From the NCBI RefSeq assembly GCF_002087085.1, contig NZ_MWQY01000009.1:62001-126000 (forward strand): a stretch of 64,000 nucleotides of DNA, given 5' to 3'. The notes beneath the pieces are model-generated. The model ran no database searches and had not been told where the DNA came from. It was given only the letters and a program-made list of their open reading frames with translations. Shown one piece after another: positions 61,401 through 64,000 of the stretch (the stretch's first letter is position 1; each line of letters opens with the position of its first letter). The position numbers and the translations under genes were made by a program.

Positions 61401-62716
61401 TATTTGTCTCCTGGTATAGTAAAATAGAGGGGTATTCCCATGCTCAGCAGCTTGTCCGTGGGCCGGCAATCCGGTGACAGAATTTTACCCTTTGTGTTTT
61501 TCGCCACTGCGGCACAGCCGCCGCCGCAGGTAAGCTGCAGATTGCAGTTCGCACATTCGGGAATGGAGGTGACGTCCCGGTCTTCCCACTCCTCTATGGC
61601 CTCGTCCCTCCGGGATATTTCCGGATAAAAAGTTCCCAGTTCCTCTCCCTTTTTACCCACCGTGGCCGTACAGGCGTAGACCTTTCCGGTATAGTCCAGG
61701 GCCCATTCGGTCTTGGTCCCGGGACAGGAGTCAAAGAGGGGGTCCGGCAGTTCTCCGTGTTCAAAAAGGAATTTGGTCACCGAATACGCGGGCCGATGGA
61801 ACTCCAGAAACTCTGGGTTCTCTTTTATCAGCGCATAGAGTTCCTCATACAGGCTGATCCGGGAGTAGAGCTTCTTCTGATCGATCTGACAGGTATGAAG
61901 TTCGTAATTTCTGCCGAGCTGGGTCTTGAAGAGAGGATTCCCTGTCCATCCCCGTGCGATGGCGAACCGGGCGAGCTCCGGCAGATGGGGCAGATTCTCC
62001 CTGTCCACAACTGCCCGCAGGTTGATCGGGATTCCCGCCGCCAGAGCCGCGTCGATCCCCCGGACGATCCGGTCAAAGGTGGCACCGCCTCCATGCAGGG
62101 GACGCCGTCTGTCATGGACCACCCCCACCCCGTCGAGGGTAACCTGGACCTCCCGGATACTAGCTGAGGATAAAAGGGGAATATAGTTCTCCAGCTCATA
62201 CCCGTTGGTCACAACCGCTACGCTCAGCTTACGATCCGCCGCCTTTGTCAGGATTCTCTCCAGCACATTCCGGGAAGCTGAGGAAGGGAGGAGGGGCTCG
62301 CCGCCGAAAACAGTTATGTACTTTTTTCGTCCCGCCAGTTCCGTATCGAGCCAGCGGAAAAAAGCATCGGTAAGCTCCGGATTACGGCTGTCGTTCGCGT
62401 GGTCATAACTCTCCTGGTAACAGTAGGAGCAGGCAAAGTTGCAGGCATAGGTGGGGACAAAGAAAACCTGAACCTCCTCCGCTTCCCTGGCTTCGATAAA
62501 AGAGAGGTAAGCATTGCGATAACGCCTGTTTTCTTCCCCTTCATCAGACAGGTAACCCTTTTCAATGAACTCCGTCGGATCCGCGATGTTTCCCTTTTCA
62601 TACTCCCGGGCCAGTTCCGGGGAAAGGATATCCGCCTGCTTTGACAGGGGATTCAGCAGGATATAATTATCCGAGTCCTTCAGTTTCCTGAAGATGTTAT
62701 GTTTCGAGCGGGTCAT
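61400..62716 (-). CDS. Radical SAM/SPASM peptide maturase
   Basis: CNFACSYC, FGGEPL, SPASM C...GKVYAC...CANC...CGGGC...C; about 85-aa N-terminal extension. Confidence 0.9.
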   Translation of the reverse strand: MTRSKHNIFRKLKDSDNYILLNPLSKQADILSPELAREYEKGNIADPTEFIEKGYLSDEGEENRRYRNAYLSFIEAREAEEVQVFFVPTYACNFACSYCYQESYDHANDSRNPELTDAFFRWLDTELAGRKKYITVFGGEPLLPSSASRNVLERILTKAADRKLSVAVVTNGYELENYIPLLSSASIREVQVTLDGVGVVHDRRRPLHGGGATFDRIVRGIDAALAAGIPINLRAVVDRENLPHLPELARFAIARGWTGNPLFKTQLGRNYELHTCQIDQKKLYSRISLYEELYALIKENPEFLEFHRPAYSVTKFLFEHGELPDPLFDSCPGTKTEWALDYTGKVYACTATVGKKGEELGTFYPEISRRDEAIEEWEDRDVTSIPECANCNLQLTCGGGCAAVAKNTKGKILSPDCRPTDKLLSMGIPLYFTIPGDK

Positions 62717-62746
62717 TTTCTCTTCCTGAGCTTTGTAATCTAAAGT

Positions 62747-62770
62747 TCCCGGGGGAGTACTCCCCCGGGA
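62747..62770. other. Perfect 24-bp palindrome between peptide and maturase genes
   Basis: TCCCGGGGGAGTACTCCCCCGGGA. Confidence 0.85.
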
Positions 62771-62778
62771 TGCAGGTC

Positions 62779-62886
62779 CTAATCGTGGCAGCCCGCGACA
62801 ATCTTTGAGGTCTTGGCGCAGCACTGGGCTACGGCCTGACCGGAAGAAGGAGTCTTCTTCACCAGGGAAAGCATTTTTTTCTTCAT
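62779..62886 (-). CDS. Putative RiPP precursor peptide, 35 aa
   Basis: Not in the ORF track. AAGGAG RBS 6 nt before ATG; MKKKMLSLVKKTPSSGQAVAQCCAKTSKIVAGCHD then TAG; directly upstream of the rSAM/SPASM gene. Confidence 0.85.
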   Translation of the reverse strand: MKKKMLSLVKKTPSSGQAVAQCCAKTSKIVAGCHD

Positions 62887-62921
62887 GCCTGTCTCCTTAT
62901 CTCCTCTTCAATTATATAGTA

Positions 62922-63599
62922 TCAGCTTTTCTTTCCGGGCTTGTATCCCCGGATAGTCCAGCTGGATACTTCAATTTCTCCCTTGGGGTAGGGAGCGCTC
63001 TCTTCCAGAACGCTGATTTCGGCGAAGCCGGCGTTCTGAAGATGCATAAGGTATTCATCACGGGTTACGGAACCCGCCCAGCATTCCGCGACCGCCTCCG
63101 GGTCGTTACGGTATTTTTCCGGGACCGGCGCGGTACTGTAAATGTCGCTCACCACAAAACGTCCACCGGGCTTGAGTATGCGGAATACCTCGTTCCAGAC
63201 CTTCTGTTTGTCCTCGGCATGATTGATGGTGCAGTTGCTGATAACCAGATCAACCGTTGCATCATCGAGCTTCAGGTGTTCCAGGTCGGTTTTAATTACC
63301 TGTCCGTTGCTGATGCCGAATTTCTCCAGGTTGCGTTCAGCTTTGCGGATCATACCATCGGATATATCGATTCCGATAACCCGCCCGCCCGTACCTGTCT
63401 CTTCCGCGAGGCGTATCAGGTCGAGACCCCGGCCGCTGCCCAGATCGACGCAGGTCTCTCCAGGGGCAGCTGCCGCATGGTTGATGGCACCTCCACAGGA
63501 GAGACAGCAGGATGTTTCTGCCAGCTCACTGTATCGTACATTTATACTGCTGACCGTGCTTTGCGACTGTGCAGTGCAGCAGGATTGTGTTTCCGTCAT
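62922..63599 (-). CDS. ArsM-like As(III) S-adenosylmethionine methyltransferase
   Basis: SCCLSCGG, DLGSGRG.D, ISNCTIN, LKPGGRFVVSD, ECWAG; start MTETQSCC with AGGGAG RBS. Confidence 0.75.
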   Translation of the reverse strand: MTETQSCCTAQSQSTVSSINVRYSELAETSCCLSCGGAINHAAAAPGETCVDLGSGRGLDLIRLAEETGTGGRVIGIDISDGMIRKAERNLEKFGISNGQVIKTDLEHLKLDDATVDLVISNCTINHAEDKQKVWNEVFRILKPGGRFVVSDIYSTAPVPEKYRNDPEAVAECWAGSVTRDEYLMHLQNAGFAEISVLEESAPYPKGEIEVSSWTIRGYKPGKKS

Positions 63600-63636
63600 A
63601 TCATCTCCCTGTATAGTTCTCTTTGAAGTCCGGGTA

Positions 63637-64000
63637 TCATACAACCTGCAGCAGAAGTTTCATGCCCTGTCGAACCTGTTCGATCTGCCTGGTGTCAAGC
63701 TTTTCAAGGAAATCACGTTCGCAGGTGTCCTTTATCCGGCTGAGATCCTTCAGATGCTCCTTCCCTGCAGAGGAAAGTCGTATTATTGAGCTGCGCCGGT
63801 CATCGGCATCCTGTTCCGAAACGAGCAGTCCCCGGTCAAGAAGGCCTCCGATAATACGGCTTCCTCTGGATGTTGAGACCCCGAGCCTCATGGACAGCTC
63901 CTTTGAGCTCATGCTGATATTATTCAGCAGGAAAATCGTCATGACCTCCCGGGGGGAAAGTCCGTATCTGCTGCCGATTTTTTCCTCGATATTACAGCGG
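63637..64000 (-). CDS. MarR-family regulator, 5' end beyond the window
   Basis: Frame open to the edge (RCNIEEKIG..LSPRE); ELS.RLGVS.SRGSRII..L..RGL; DRR.....LS..G. Confidence 0.85.
   Translation of the reverse strand, partial: RCNIEEKIGSRYGLSPREVMTIFLLNNISMSSKELSMRLGVSTSRGSRIIGGLLDRGLLVSEQDADDRRSSIIRLSSAGKEHLKDLSRIKDTCERDFLEKLDTRQIEQVRQGMKLLLQVV

Noticed and set aside
62717..62824. Longer start for the radical SAM gene
   Set aside because: It would run through the palindrome and overlap the peptide gene in another frame; ATG 62716 has a purine-rich RBS
62805..63626. 273-aa plus-strand ORF over the peptide and methyltransferase genes
   Set aside because: Antisense shadow; the minus strand carries clear motifs and RBSs

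Overview
64 kb of a moderately GC-rich bacterial chromosome. Class I LysRS, spirochaete-style lipoproteins and CsgG/PEGA proteins suggest a free-living anaerobic spirochaete (inference). The left part is housekeeping (purC, clpP, era, lysS, rlpA, orphan cheD, azlCD, a GlpA-like triad). An AT-rich catabolic islet follows at about 18.85-28.45 kb (TctCBA, enolase-superfamily enzyme, two UROD-like proteins, a dehydrogenase pseudogene, two GntR). Next come an alpha-glucoside ABC/LacI/pgmB locus, a tRNA(CAT) with an AraC/aldo-keto reductase block, and a complete citrate lyase operon (citCDEF-tctCBA-citGX) beside a propeller sensor kinase and NarL/GacA-type regulator. The main find is at the right end, on the minus strand: MarR, ArsM-like methyltransferase, a 35-aa three-Cys peptide absent from the ORF track (MKKKMLSLVKKTPSSGQAVAQCCAKTSKIVAGCHD, 62779..62886), radical SAM/SPASM maturase, thioredoxin-thioredoxin reductase fusion, DUF1847-like protein. 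This is a candidate arsenic/metalloid-linked RiPP system. Many genes also look leaderless. All family calls come from motifs recognised by eye; no searches were run.
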